DNA of 64,000 nt from an uncultured Gemmataceae bacterium (lineage in GTDB: Bacteria > Planctomycetota > Planctomycetia > Gemmatales > Gemmataceae): positions 1,216,001 through 1,280,000 of the forward strand of contig CAVVPN010000004.1 of assembly GCA_963750165.1 (NCBI GenBank). The letters are read 5' to 3'. Positions 10,767 to 21,419 of the stretch are shown in pieces; within the stretch, counting starts at the first letter, position 1; each line of letters starts with the position of its first letter. The translations under genes and the position numbers were made by a program. A model generated the notes under the pieces. The model saw only the letters and a program-made list of their open reading frames with translations. It was not told the origin of the DNA and searched no databases.

Positions 10767-11327
10767 ATGCGACGAACCACTTTGTGGTGCGGGCTGAGCC
10801 TGCTGGGCCTGTGTGCGTGGACCGGGACAAGCGCGGCGCAGGTGGTGGTCCGCGGGCCGTTCGGGCGGACGTGGGTGGCGGTGCAGCCGACGCCGACCGG
10901 CGGCACCGTGGTGAAGGCGCCGCTCGTGCTGGTGCAGACGGGGCCGCCCGTGGTGGTGCCGCCACCGCCGCCCGTGGTCATTCAACAGCCGCCGCCGCCC
11001 GTGATCGTGCAACCGCCCCCGCCGCAACCGCTGGTGCAACCGCCGCCGCCCCAGCAGCTGGTCGTGCCGCCGCCGCCCGCCGTGGTGCTGCCGACCAAAC
11101 CGCTGACGCACGCGGAGTTCGCCCGCATCTTCCAACCGCTGCCCGGTACCTATAGCGTGGTGCTGGTCCACCCCGGCAGCGGGGCGCCGGTCCCCGTCAC
11201 CTTCACGCTGCCAGCGGGCAACCCCCGGGTGCGTGTCCTGCACCGCAACCTCATCTTCGACTATGGCCGTCATGAGGTGGACATCCGCTTCGCCATCCAC
11301 GGCAAGGTCAAGGTGATCGCGCGCTAA
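10767..11327 (+). CDS. Secreted proline-rich protein with a small C-terminal beta domain
   Basis: AAGGAG RBS, signal peptide ending SAA-Q, poly-Pro tracts (VVVPPPPPVVIQQPPPP). Confidence 0.8.
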   Translation: MRRTTLWCGLSLLGLCAWTGTSAAQVVVRGPFGRTWVAVQPTPTGGTVVKAPLVLVQTGPPVVVPPPPPVVIQQPPPPVIVQPPPPQPLVQPPPPQQLVVPPPPAVVLPTKPLTHAEFARIFQPLPGTYSVVLVHPGSGAPVPVTFTLPAGNPRVRVLHRNLIFDYGRHEVDIRFAIHGKVKVIAR

Positions 11328-11371
11328 CCGCTCCCGTGCTGAAGGGCGTGCAGCCGATCCCTGGCCTGGCG

Positions 11372-12808
11372 TCAATCCAGCCGCAGTACCCAGATCGCCA
11401 GCGCGACGAAGCCGGCCCCGAACGCGGTCAACACGCCGCAGGACTGCGCCACCAGCGCCAGGTTCGGCGTCGGGCTGGCCAGCAGCTGGCGGTAGGCGTC
11501 CAGCGCCCAGGCGTGCGGCGTGATCCGCGACAGCTGCTGCATCTGTTCGGGCATCAATGAGCGGTCGCCCATCAGGCTGCCACTCAGGCCCGCCAGCACC
11601 AGCACCAGCAGCGTGCCATAAATGGCCACCTGCGTCTCGGTTTGCGCCAGTGCCGCCACCAGCAGCGCCAGGCCCATCGCCGCGAACGAGGTCGTCAGCA
11701 CCAGCGGCACCAGCCACAGCGGGTCCGGCCCCCAGCTCATGCCGAACAGCAGCCGGCCTGCGCCGAGCAGGAAAAAGCCCTGCGCCAGCGACAGCAAAAA
11801 GCACGGAATCAGCTTGCCCAGGACGATCTGCCAGCGCGTCAGCGGCGCCGCCTTGAGGCGCTTCAGGGTGCCCTGCCGCCGTTCACCGACGAACAGCCAG
11901 CCGACCGTCAGCACCAGGAAGAACGCGAACATCACCAGGTACGACGGCACCAATACCTGGTAGCGCCGGGCGCCGAGCTTGAGCAGGCCCGAGCCCTCCT
12001 CGTGGTAGCGGGCCACCTCGGCGGTGCCGCGTTTGGCCTCGCCCTCCGCCTTCGTCAGCGACGCCCAGGTCTTGCCCGTCAGGTTGTACTTGGAAAACAG
12101 CGCCTGCAGTGCCTTTTGCACACCGTCCGCCAGGTCCTTTCGGTCCTTGTCCGTGACGAACGCGCTGTTCAAGCTTCGCAACAGGAACGATTTGCTGCCC
12201 GTCTTTTGTGCCTCCTCGCTCAGCAATTTCACGAACTCCGGTTTGCCGATCTGCTCGAACGCCTTGCCGATCATCCACGGCATGACCACGCGCATCAGAC
12301 TGACCTGTGCCACCTGGTCGATGATGGCGGACGCGGTCGCCTGGGTCGGATCCTTGAGGATTTCCACGTCGAGTTCCTTCAGCCGCACGCCATCGCGGCC
12401 GAAGGGGTTGATGCCTTCCGGCGTGTTCAGGAACGACGAGCGCGACACGCGGCGGCTGAAGTCGGGGCCGAACACCAGGATGGCCGCTCGCTGACTGTTG
12501 TGGATCAACTCGTTCGCCTTGTCAAGATTGTCCACGACTTCCAGGCGGATGTCGGCGGTCTGGGCCAGGTCGTCGCGCACCACCTCGGACCACTTTTTCT
12601 TGAAGTGTTCCTTCGACTGGCTGTCGCCCTCGTCCAGGTCCAGGATAGTGACGCGCAGGCGGTCGTCGGGCTTCTGGCCGAAGCCCTCGCCCAGCGAGGC
12701 GCCCAGCACCAGGATGAAGATGAGAGGCATCGCCAGCAGGATGACCATGGCGCGGGCATCGCGCAGCAGCAGCCGCAGGTCCTTCTTCGCCAACGTCCAG
12801 ATCACCAT
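11372..12808 (-). CDS. ABC-2 type exporter permease
   Basis: AKKDLRLLLRD start, large extracytoplasmic loop, ERRQGTLKRLKAAP motif and six TM segments. Confidence 0.9.
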   Translation of the reverse strand: MVIWTLAKKDLRLLLRDARAMVILLAMPLIFILVLGASLGEGFGQKPDDRLRVTILDLDEGDSQSKEHFKKKWSEVVRDDLAQTADIRLEVVDNLDKANELIHNSQRAAILVFGPDFSRRVSRSSFLNTPEGINPFGRDGVRLKELDVEILKDPTQATASAIIDQVAQVSLMRVVMPWMIGKAFEQIGKPEFVKLLSEEAQKTGSKSFLLRSLNSAFVTDKDRKDLADGVQKALQALFSKYNLTGKTWASLTKAEGEAKRGTAEVARYHEEGSGLLKLGARRYQVLVPSYLVMFAFFLVLTVGWLFVGERRQGTLKRLKAAPLTRWQIVLGKLIPCFLLSLAQGFFLLGAGRLLFGMSWGPDPLWLVPLVLTTSFAAMGLALLVAALAQTETQVAIYGTLLVLVLAGLSGSLMGDRSLMPEQMQQLSRITPHAWALDAYRQLLASPTPNLALVAQSCGVLTAFGAGFVALAIWVLRLD

Positions 12809-12809
12809 A

Positions 12810-12841
12810 GTAGTGGCCAGTGGTCAGTGGTTAGTGGTCAG
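12810..12841. repeat. Short tandem heptamer repeat (AGTGGY(C/T))4
   Basis: agtggcc agtggtc agtggtt agtggtc ag fills the gap between the two ABC genes. Confidence 0.7.
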
Positions 12842-13773
12842 TCTCGCAAGCCGCGCCCGGTCAAATGCAGGAACACACGCTCCAAATTCGGCTCCTCCGT
12901 CTCCAGGCTCGTCAGCTCGATGTGCAGTTCCGTCAGCAGCGCCAGCGCCTCGACAAGCACGTGCTTGATGTCACGGCTGCTCAACTCCAGCGTGCGGCGG
13001 TCCGCCTCGCGCACGCGCACGCCCGGCAGCGCCTCCAGACGCTGCCGCAGCGCTGGCGTCACCTCCGGTACGCGGATGCGGATGAGCCCCTCCAGCCGCG
13101 TCAGCAGGTTTTCCAGCGTGTCACAGGCGATAATGTTGCCGTGATCCATGATGCCGATGCGCGGGCACAGCGCCTGCACCTCTTCCATGTAATGGCTGGT
13201 GTAGATGACCGTGACGCCACCGGCGTTCAGGCGGCGGACGCCCTCGAAGATGTGGTTGCGCGACTGCGGATCGACGCCGGTGGTCGGCTCGTCGAGCAGC
13301 AACAACCGCGGGCCATGCACCAGCGCCGCGCCCAGGTTCAGCCGCCGTTTCATGCCACCGGAGAATGTGTCCGCCCGGTCGCCGGCCCGGTCCTCCAAAC
13401 CGATGGCCGCCAGCACTTCCTCGACGCGCTGGCGCAGCGGTTCGCCGCGCAGGCCGTACAGCTCGCCGAAAAACAGCAGGTTTTCGCGGGCGCTCAACTC
13501 GTTGTAAATGGCCAGTTCCTGCGGCACGATGCCGATCTGCCGCCGCAGTTCGCGATCACGGCGGACGAGCGGCCGGCCCTCCAACCGGGCCTCGCCAGCG
13601 GTCGGCTCCAGCAGACAGGAGATGATGGACAGCAGCGTGGTTTTGCCGGCCCCGTTCGGCCCGAGCAGGCCGAACAGCTCGCCCTGGTAAACCTGGAGAT
13701 TGACCTTATCCAGGGCGACGAGTTTGCCGTAGCGCTTGCACAGGTCGTGCAGTTCGAGCATCACCGGGGCCAT
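12838..13773 (-). CDS. ABC transporter ATP-binding protein (DrrA/CcmA-like exporter)
   Basis: Walker A GPNGAGKT, signature FSGGMKRR, Walker B LLLDEPT, H-loop TSHYM. Confidence 0.95.
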   Translation of the reverse strand: MAPVMLELHDLCKRYGKLVALDKVNLQVYQGELFGLLGPNGAGKTTLLSIISCLLEPTAGEARLEGRPLVRRDRELRRQIGIVPQELAIYNELSARENLLFFGELYGLRGEPLRQRVEEVLAAIGLEDRAGDRADTFSGGMKRRLNLGAALVHGPRLLLLDEPTTGVDPQSRNHIFEGVRRLNAGGVTVIYTSHYMEEVQALCPRIGIMDHGNIIACDTLENLLTRLEGLIRIRVPEVTPALRQRLEALPGVRVREADRRTLELSSRDIKHVLVEALALLTELHIELTSLETEEPNLERVFLHLTGRGLRD

Positions 13774-13847
13774 GACTACCTCACTCGGGCGGCGCCTCCC
13801 CGGTCATGATAGGACAAGCGTGAGAACGTGTCTGCCGGATGGGTCAA

Positions 13848-13898
13848 AGCCCGAGCGCCAGCGAGGGGCAGCGCTGCCCCCACGCTGGCGCTCGGGCT
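13848..13898. repeat. REP-like palindrome, family A
   Basis: agcccgagcgccagcg...cgctggcgctcgggct. Confidence 0.85.
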
Positions 13899-13914
13899 CC
13901 GACGCGATTTGGGA

Positions 13915-15564
13915 TCAGTCGTTGTCGAAGAACTCCTGCGAGTTTAGGAACTGAATTTCGATCTGGTCCAGGTCCATCCCCGACTGCACCCAACCCTGCA
14001 GGCCGTGGTCATCGGGGTCGCGGTGCAGGAAGTTCTGATAGAACGAGGTGATGACGTTCGTGCGGTACTCCGCGGACACCAGGAAGTCCAGGGCCACCGT
14101 CTGCCGGCCCTGGCGCTGCACGTCGGTCAGCCAGGCGTTCAGGTCCGTGGTGCTCGGCGTGCGGTAGAGCACCAACTGATACACGGCGAGGATGAAGTTC
14201 TGGTCGGCGTTGCTGCCGCCGGTCAGGCCGTTGGCCCGGGCGGCGAACTCGGGCGTCGCCAGCAACTGCGCGAGCAACTGCTCCTGCGACATGCCGTTCT
14301 GCAGCCCATGCACCCAGCCCATCTCCTCGTTGCCCTGCGGCGCCCGGTTCAGGAACGTCTGATACAGGAAGCGGACGTAATCGTCGAAGTACTCCTCGGA
14401 GTGCAGGATCGCCTGCAGGGCGGCGGTCTGGTCGTGGCCGTTGAAGAACTGCTGCCAGCCGGCCAGTTCGTGATCGTCGGCGTCGCGGTTCAGCTTCAGC
14501 TGGTACAGGTTCTCGATGAAGATGTCGTCGTCGTTGGACAGCACCTTCTCGACGTTCACCAGCGTGGTCGTGACGCCGTTGCCCGGCAGGACGCGCGCGG
14601 ACAGGTAATCGGTGCCGGTGCCGCCGTCCAGCGTCAGGTTCTGCAGGCCGGTCGGCGTCGCCGTGAGGGTGAGCGCGAACAGGTCGTTGCCACCCAGGCC
14701 GTTGACGGTCACGCTGGCCTTGTTGGCGAAGGTGATGGGCACGAAGCTCTGCGCCTGGTTGGGCATCGGCGGCATCTGGCCAGGGGCGCCGGCATGTCGC
14801 CCTGGGCCAGGGCCTGGTCCTCGTGGTCCTTGTCCACCACGACGGGTTGCGGGCCGTGGCCGGGGGGGCCGCCGGGCGGCGGCGGTTGCAGCACGACGAT
14901 CGGTTGGTCGCTGTTCAGCGGTTGGATGGTGGCCGTGGTCACGCCGGGCGGCGCGCCGGCGCCGGCATGCCGTTGGTGATCTGGATCAGGTCGCGGCCAT
15001 CGGTGCCGTTGACGGTCAGATTGGCCGCCGTCGCTGTGTCCTCGAGCGCTTTGACCTGGCTGAAGGTGACCGTCAATGCCGGCGGGGTGGCGCTGGCGCC
15101 GCCGCTGAAGGTGAGCGTGCCGGAGGTGCCGTCCGCCCCGAAGGTGTAGGTCTCGTTCAGACTCACGCCGCTGGGGTTGCCCTGGATGGTGATGGTGTTC
15201 TGGCCAATGCCGCCGACGATGTTGATCGGCAGGGTCGAGGTGCCGTTGGCGTTGATCAGGCCGTTGCCCAGGTTGAGCGTGATGTTATCGTTGCCGCCTG
15301 CGCCGTTGACGTTAACCTGTGTGACGCTGGTCAGAGCGAAGCTTTGAGTGCTGCTGCCGTCACTGACCTGAATCATGGTGTTGTCGCTGGGGTTCAGCTC
15401 GACGCGGAGCTGGTCGGGGCCGGGGGTGCCGGTGACGGCCAGGGTGCCGTTGGTCAGGGTGATGGTCGGCACCGTACGGTCTTCCAGCGCCTCCACGCTG
15501 GGCCGCGGGCTTATCCGGGCAGAACGGCGGCGAATCGGGGACAACGTTGCGCGAACAGACCCAT
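13915..15564 (-). CDS. Extracellular protein with a planctomycete export motif and C-terminal DUF4214-like repeats (three apparent frameshifts at ~15540, ~14945, ~14780)
   Basis: AAGGAG RBS and ATG at 15564. EALEDRTVP motif, a G/N/T-rich beta region (NGAGGNDNITL, NGLGGNDLF), then four LYQxxLxRxPD...W...SxE repeats typical of DUF4214. Confidence 0.75.
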
Positions 15565-16071
15565 GGGTGAACTCCTTAAAAAAAGGCCTGAAAAGGACTC
15601 CGCAGGTTGAACCCAGGGCAATGCCGTGCGCAGACTGGGCGGGAGCTTGGTTCCGTGGACGAGACGCACCGGGATCATGGAATGCGAGAAGAACCCGGGC
15701 GCGGTGGCTCGTGCAGTGCGGCCCCGCCCTCGCGGCGCGACCGGCCAACCCGCGACGGGTTGCCTTTGGAGTGTAACGTTGGTCTTTTCGGCAAGTGCAA
15801 CCAGCATGCCAGGGGCGGCGAGCCTGGCCGAAATGCCTGGCGGCGCGGGGAGTCCGTCAACCAGGAGCGCTGGGACGGCGGTGTTTCATTTAAGACAATA
15901 GGGATGGGGCCGCATATGGATGCAGGCGTCCGGTCAGTCGTTTCCCGGCCCGAGCGGTTCCACGCCCGAGGTCGCATCCCGGTTGCCTGGCAAGGTAGTG
16001 CCAACCCCCTGGCACTGCCTTGCCCAGGGAGTGGATACTGCAAGATATTTATGAACGTTGATGTGTTTGAC

Positions 16072-16449
16072 TTAGCTGCCGTGCGCGGCCTGCCGCCGCC
16101 AGGCCGCCAGCACCTCCGGCAGCGGGTACTCCGGGATCGCCAACCCGAGCGTCGGCAACTCCTGCAGGCGTCGCCAGCCGCGCGTCACACGCCGCTCTTC
16201 CTCCGCCACGAAGGCCGCGTCCAGGTGCTCCTTGGCGAACACCCCGTCGCAGCGCACCGGCGCGAAGGCCGGATCGACCACGTACTGCGCCACCGCCGGG
16301 TTGCAGCGGATGTGCCGTTCGCGCTGCGTCGGCAGCGCCAGCGGGTGGACCTCACCGAGAACGTAGCGCAGGTACAGGTCCGACTCGGTGATCGCCTCCA
16401 CGTCGTGACCGCATACGTCGCACAGATAGCCCTGTTCGCACCGGACCAT
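16072..16449 (-). CDS. Hypothetical protein, putative Cys/His metal-binding
   Basis: GGAGG RBS. MVRCEQGYLCDVCG...HIRCNP...RC. Confidence 0.75.
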   Translation of the reverse strand: MVRCEQGYLCDVCGHDVEAITESDLYLRYVLGEVHPLALPTQRERHIRCNPAVAQYVVDPAFAPVRCDGVFAKEHLDAAFVAEEERRVTRGWRRLQELPTLGLAIPEYPLPEVLAAWRRQAAHGS

Positions 16450-16496
16450 GCTCCCTCCATTGCGGACTGAAAGGCAAATCCAGCATAGCAGGTTTT

Positions 16497-16530
16497 CAAT
16501 CCGCAATCGGCAGCTCGCAATCCGCAATCC
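16497..16530. repeat. Degenerate heptamer repeat (CAATCCG)n
   Basis: caatccg caatcgg cagctcg caatccg caatcc. A related reverse-strand array lies at 36541-36577. Confidence 0.55.
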
Positions 16531-16609
16531 AGATTGCCAGCCGGATGTACAATACGGGTGGAGCCCGTTCCCGGCCGACCGGCCATTCTCTTTACGTCAT
16601 GAGGACCGC

Positions 16610-18518
16610 ATGAGCATTTCGACCCCGCCCGAGCGCGACGCCAGCTTCGCCGAGACCGCCCTCCGCCAGGCCGGCAAGACCGAGGAGGAAGCCCGCCGCA
16701 CCGGTGCCGTGGACAAGGCCGACGAACAGGTCGAGTCCCTGTTCGCGCAGCAGTATCAGACCGTCCATAGCCCCGTCCACAAGGCGATCTGGGAGGGCCG
16801 CATTCCGCTGGAACTGTTCAGCCCGCCGCCGCTGCCGCCGACCGCCCCCTGTGACGCGGCCATGCAAAAGTCCCTGGACATCGTCAGCAAACGCCGCGCC
16901 GAGGGCCGGCTTTACGACGCGCACGGCAAGATGGAGCCGGAGCTGCTGCAGGAGTTGGCAGTGGCCGGCTACTGGGGCATGTTGATCGATCCCAAGTACG
17001 GCGGCCAGGGGGCGCCGTTCGCGCGCTTCACGCACTTCCTGACCCGCGTGGCGGTGCAGGACGCAATGATCGCCGGCCTGGCGTCGGTGCACGGCTGCAT
17101 CGGTGCGGTGGACCCGGTGCGCAGCTTCGGCAACGCTGAGCAAAAGGCCCGCTTCCTGCCGCGGCTCGCCAGCGGCCAGTCGCTGTCAGGCTTCGCGCTG
17201 ACGGAGCCCGGCGCCGGCTCGGATCTGACCGCACTGCGCACCACGGCAACGCCCGTCGGCGACGACTTCGAGGTCACCGGCGAAAAGTTGTTCATCACCA
17301 ACGCCATCCCCGGCCGCACGGTCGGCCTGGTGGTGATGCTGGAGGGCAAGCCCGCGGTGCTGATCGCCGACCTGCCGGCCCAGGAGGATGAGCACTTCCA
17401 GGTGGTGCCGTATGGCCTGTACGCGCTGCGGCACGGCCACAACAACGGACTGCGCTTCAACCGCTTCCGGGTGCCGCGCCAACCTGCTGAAGCCGCCGGT
17501 GGGCGACGGCCTGACGATCGCCTACCACGGGCTGAACCTGGGCCGGCTGGCGCTGTGCGCCGGGGCGGCCGGCACCATGCGCGTGCTGCTGGCGAACCTG
17601 CTGCCGTGGGCACACTTCCGCCGCACTTACGGCCAGCCGATCGACACGCGCGAGCTGGTGAAGCGGCGCATCGCCCGGTTGGCGGGGTTGATCGCCGGCG
17701 CGGACGCGCTGGTGGCGTGGGGCTCGTGGCTGATCGACCAGGGCTACCGTGGCGAGCTGGAGTGCGTCATTGCCAAGATTTTCGGCAGCGAAGCGCTGAA
17801 GGAGTCGGCGATTGAATTATTCATGAAGACGCACGGCGGCCGCTCGTTCCTGAAGGGCCACCTGTTCGGCGACAACGTGTACGACTACCTGGCGCCGTGC
17901 ATCTACGAGGGCGAGGGCGAGATGCTGGGCCTGGCGTTCTTCAAGTCGCTGGTGAAGGAGCACGGCAAACAGTTCTTCGAGCCGATCGGCAAGGTGCTGC
18001 AACAGCACCACATGAAGACGTTGGTGCCGTATAACCCGATCCACCTGTGGCGGCTGCGGCGCGAGTTGACGGCGTACAGTCAGTGGTCGCTGGGCCAGCA
18101 GTTGCGGCGCCGCGACCGGCAGACAGTGCCGGGGATGGACGCCCGGCTGCGCGGCCACCTGGAGTTTGTGCAGGACTTCTGTGGCCGCCAACCGCTGGAG
18201 ATCAGCGCGGCGCTGCGCAAGCATCAGTTGAAGCTGGCGGATCGGCAGTGCCGCATGGCGGAGCTGTCGCAGCGCGTGCAGGACGTGATGGTGCTGCTGG
18301 TGACGACGCTGTGGGCGCACGGGCAGCAGAACGAACCGGCGGTACTGGCGGCGGACATTCTCTGCCAGGATCTGCGCCGCAAGTTGACTGGTCAGCGGCC
18401 CGAGGACCGGTACTATCGCGATTGCAGCAAGCTGGCGGATGTGATCATCGGCGGCGGTTTCGAGGCGCTGGCGGGGGCTCCGCAGCAAGAGATTTTGATG
18501 CCGTATGAGAACCGCTGA
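16610..18518 (+). CDS. Acyl-CoA dehydrogenase family protein (frameshift at ~17480)
   Basis: GFALTEPGAGSD, GEKLFITNA, LNLGRLALCA, RRTYGQPI, GGRSF and IYEGEGE motifs across two frames. Confidence 0.9.
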
Positions 18519-18532
18519 GGCGGCGGGCTCTA

Positions 18533-18588
18533 CTGCCCCCGTGTACGTTTCGCGCGGACTCGAGCTGCGCGAAACGTACACGGGGCAG
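18533..18588. repeat. Palindrome, family B (ACGTTTCG...CGAAACGT core), between convergent genes; possible bidirectional terminator
   Basis: ccccgtgtacgtttcgcgc-loop-gcgcgaaacgtacacgggg. A related hairpin lies at 30362-30424. Confidence 0.75.
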
Positions 18589-18613
18589 GGTTGTACGCCA
18601 ACTCTGAAGGTGG

Positions 18614-20200
18614 TCACGACCACTGACCCAGAATGGTCCGCGCCGCGTTCCAGCCGGCGGCGCCGATGACGCCGCCGCCCGGGTGCGCCGCCGAACCGCA
18701 CAGGAACAGCTTCTTGATCGGCGTCTTGTAACCCGCGTATCCCGGCACCGGCCGCATCACGAACAGCTGGTTCAGCAGCATCGAGCCCTGGAAAATGTTG
18801 CCGCCCGTCAGGCCGAAGGTCCGCTCCAGGTCCAGCGGCGTCACGATCTGCCGGTCGATCACCGCCGATTTGAAGTTCGGCGCGTACTCATTGAGGATGT
18901 CGAAGCAGCGATCCGCGAACTGATCCTTGATCTCGTCCCAGGTGCCTTCCTTGAGCTTGTAGGGCGCGTACTGGATGAACATCGACATCAGATGCTTGCC
19001 CGGCGGCGCCACGGTCGGATCGACCACGGACGCCATCGTGCATTCCAGCACCGGGTTCTGCGATGGCCGGCCATACTTGGCGTCGTCGAAGGCGTGCTCG
19101 ATGTAATCCTGGTCCGGGCAGATGTGGATGGTGCCGCGGTGCTGCGGCCCCGGAACGCCAGGACACGCATTGAAGTTCGGCAGTTCCGACAGGGCCACGT
19201 TGATCTTCAGCGAGGCGCTGTCGTAGTTGATGTTGGCGACGACCTCGGCGAACTCCGGCGGCAAAATCTTCGGGTCGATCAACTTCTGGAAGGTCCAGCG
19301 GCAGTCGAGATTGCTGGCCACCGCCCGTGTCGCCTCGAACTGCTCGCCGCTCTGCAGCACCACGCCCACCGCGGTGCCGTTCTGCACCAGAATCTTCGCC
19401 ACCTCCGCCTCGGTGCGCACCTCCACGCCGAGGTCCTTGCCGGCCTTCGCCAGCGCCTGCGTCAGACCGCCCATGCCGCCGCGTGTGTAGCTCCAGACGC
19501 CCTTCTTGCCGTTGGTCTCGCCCATGACGTGGTGGAACAGCACATACGCGGTGCCCGGCTGCGACGGCGCTGCGAAGGCCCCGATGATGGCGTCGGTCGC
19601 CAGCGTCGCCTTGAGCTGCTCCGACTCGAACCAGCGGTCCAGCAGTGGCCGGGCGGCGCCGGTCAAAATCTCGACCGCCTCGGCCATCTTGCTGCCCAGG
19701 CTCTGAAACTTGCGGCCCAGCTGGAACAGTCGCCAGGCGTCGCCGATGCCCGGCCAGACCACGTTCGGCGGCCGCTGAATGATCGTCGGCTCGATCACCG
19801 CCGCGACGCGCTCCAGCATCTTTTCGTACTTGGGGTACGCCTCGGCATCGCGGGCGCTGAACTTGCTGATCTCGCGCTGGTTCAGCTGGGCGTCGGGCCC
19901 CATGAGCAGATAGCGGCCGTCCAGGAAGGGCGAGAAGGACGACGGGTTGCGCTCCAGCGACTCGAAGCCGTAGTCGCGCAGCTTGAGGTCGCGGACGATT
20001 TCGGGGCGGAAGAGACTGTTGACGTAGGCCGCCGTGGACACCTTGAAGCCGGGGAAGACCTCCTCGGTGACGCAGGCGCCGCCGACCACGTAGCGGCGTT
20101 CGAGCACCAGCACCTTCCAGCCGGCCTTCGCCAGATAGCAGGCCGTCACCAGCCCGTTGTGACCGCCGCCGATGATAATCGCGTCATACTTTCCAGCCAT
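18614..20200 (-). CDS. Phytoene desaturase-family NAD(P)/FAD-dependent oxidoreductase (PYROXD2-like)
   Basis: Rossmann motif IIGGGHNGL, ERRYVVGGA, GGMGGL and C-terminal LFLCGSAAHPGGGVIGAAG. Confidence 0.9.
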   Translation of the reverse strand: MAGKYDAIIIGGGHNGLVTACYLAKAGWKVLVLERRYVVGGACVTEEVFPGFKVSTAAYVNSLFRPEIVRDLKLRDYGFESLERNPSSFSPFLDGRYLLMGPDAQLNQREISKFSARDAEAYPKYEKMLERVAAVIEPTIIQRPPNVVWPGIGDAWRLFQLGRKFQSLGSKMAEAVEILTGAARPLLDRWFESEQLKATLATDAIIGAFAAPSQPGTAYVLFHHVMGETNGKKGVWSYTRGGMGGLTQALAKAGKDLGVEVRTEAEVAKILVQNGTAVGVVLQSGEQFEATRAVASNLDCRWTFQKLIDPKILPPEFAEVVANINYDSASLKINVALSELPNFNACPGVPGPQHRGTIHICPDQDYIEHAFDDAKYGRPSQNPVLECTMASVVDPTVAPPGKHLMSMFIQYAPYKLKEGTWDEIKDQFADRCFDILNEYAPNFKSAVIDRQIVTPLDLERTFGLTGGNIFQGSMLLNQLFVMRPVPGYAGYKTPIKKLFLCGSAAHPGGGVIGAAGWNAARTILGQWS

Positions 20201-20220
20201 GGAATACTCACTGAAAGAGG

Positions 20221-20312
20221 AAATTGCAAATTGCAGATTGCAAATTGCAGATTGACAGACAGCGAATTGAGATGATTTTCAATTTGCAATCTGCAATTTG
20301 CAATTTGCAATT
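20221..20312. repeat. Inverted pair of AT-rich heptamer arrays, (ARATTGC)5 / (GCAATYT)5
   Basis: aaattgc aaattgc agattgc aaattgc agattga - spacer - caattt gcaatct gcaattt gcaattt gcaattt. Confidence 0.85.
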
Positions 20313-20314
20313 TT

Positions 20315-21292
20315 TCACGGTTGACGCTGGTACGCGCGGCCGACATCCACGCGCTCGAAGCCGAGGCCGCGGCATAGTTGCAGGGCGGTGGCGTTGTCGT
20401 CGGCGATCTGCAACTCCGTGATGTCAAAACACTGGTCCTGCAGCCGCTTGAGCACCTGCACCATCAGGAATTTGGCCAGCCCCTGCCGGCGCAGGGTCGG
20501 CGTCACGAACAAATCCAGCACGCCCGCCGCCGGCCGCTCCCAGCGGCAGCTGAAGCCCTCCATCTCCCAGACCAGGACGGAGGCGGTGAAGGCGCCGCTG
20601 GCACGGTCGCGCAGGGTAAAGGTGAGCGGCTCGACCAGGCCGCAGACGCATTCGCGCCACCAGGTCCCGACGCGGGCCAGGGCGTCCTCGCAAACCTCGT
20701 AGCGCGCCCGCAGTGCCGAGAAGCGGGCGTCGGCCACCCGGAGCGCCACGTTGAGCCGCCGCTGCAGCACCGAGACCGTGCGCACCGGCCGGTAGCCGTG
20801 GCGGAGCAGGAACGGTTCGACGGTCTCGTCGCTTTGCAGCACGCCCGGCAGGGCGCTGCCGCCGTACAGGCCGAGGTAGAACGGATCGAACGGCGCCAGT
20901 TCACCGGCGAAAAAATGCTGCGTACCACGAGCGCGGAGGTAGTCCTCGGCACGGCGGAGCAGTTCGGAGCCGATGCCCTGGCGGCGGCGGCCGGGCCGCA
21001 CGACGACGAGGCACACGACGCCGTTGGTCGGGTCGAGGGCGGTCTCGTCGGCATTGGGGCCGAAGCCGGCATGGACGAAGCCGACGAGCTGGCCGGCGTC
21101 CTCCGCCAGGATGAGGCCGTCGGGGTCGAAGTAGGGCTTGGCGAAGACGTGCCGTTCCAGAGGCGTGCTGGTACGCAGGGCGACGGCCCCGCGGCCGCGC
21201 AAGGCGTCGTTCCACACATCCAGCAAACGAGGCGGATCGGTGTTGCGGAATCGGCGGAACTCAACCACGTTGGCACCCTTCTCCGCGGCCAC
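20315..21292 (-). CDS. Tandem GNAT-family acetyltransferase
   Basis: Two acetyl-CoA binding motifs (VRPGRRRQGIGSELL; VTPTLRRQGLAKFLM) and N..A..L...LGF. Confidence 0.88.
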   Translation of the reverse strand: MAAEKGANVVEFRRFRNTDPPRLLDVWNDALRGRGAVALRTSTPLERHVFAKPYFDPDGLILAEDAGQLVGFVHAGFGPNADETALDPTNGVVCLVVVRPGRRRQGIGSELLRRAEDYLRARGTQHFFAGELAPFDPFYLGLYGGSALPGVLQSDETVEPFLLRHGYRPVRTVSVLQRRLNVALRVADARFSALRARYEVCEDALARVGTWWRECVCGLVEPLTFTLRDRASGAFTASVLVWEMEGFSCRWERPAAGVLDLFVTPTLRRQGLAKFLMVQVLKRLQDQCFDITELQIADDNATALQLCRGLGFERVDVGRAYQRQP

Positions 21293-21419
21293 GGCACTCG
21301 GCCCGACGGTGTGACGGCCTTCATAAACTCATCTCATTATAGGCAGCCGGGGGGGCGACGCAAGGAGTCGCGCAACGGCCTGGCGGAAGGGTAAACGCGG
21401 GATCATATCATTCATCCGA

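Noticed and set aside
15570..16070. Riboswitch or ncRNA in the 500-bp region upstream of the DUF4214 gene
   Set aside because: Short hairpins exist, but I could not recognise a known RNA family consensus. An Rfam/Infernal scan would be needed.
18614..20200. Carotenoid biosynthesis locus (crtI)
   Set aside because: There is no phytoene/squalene synthase or other crt gene nearby, and the family includes many non-carotenoid oxidoreductases.
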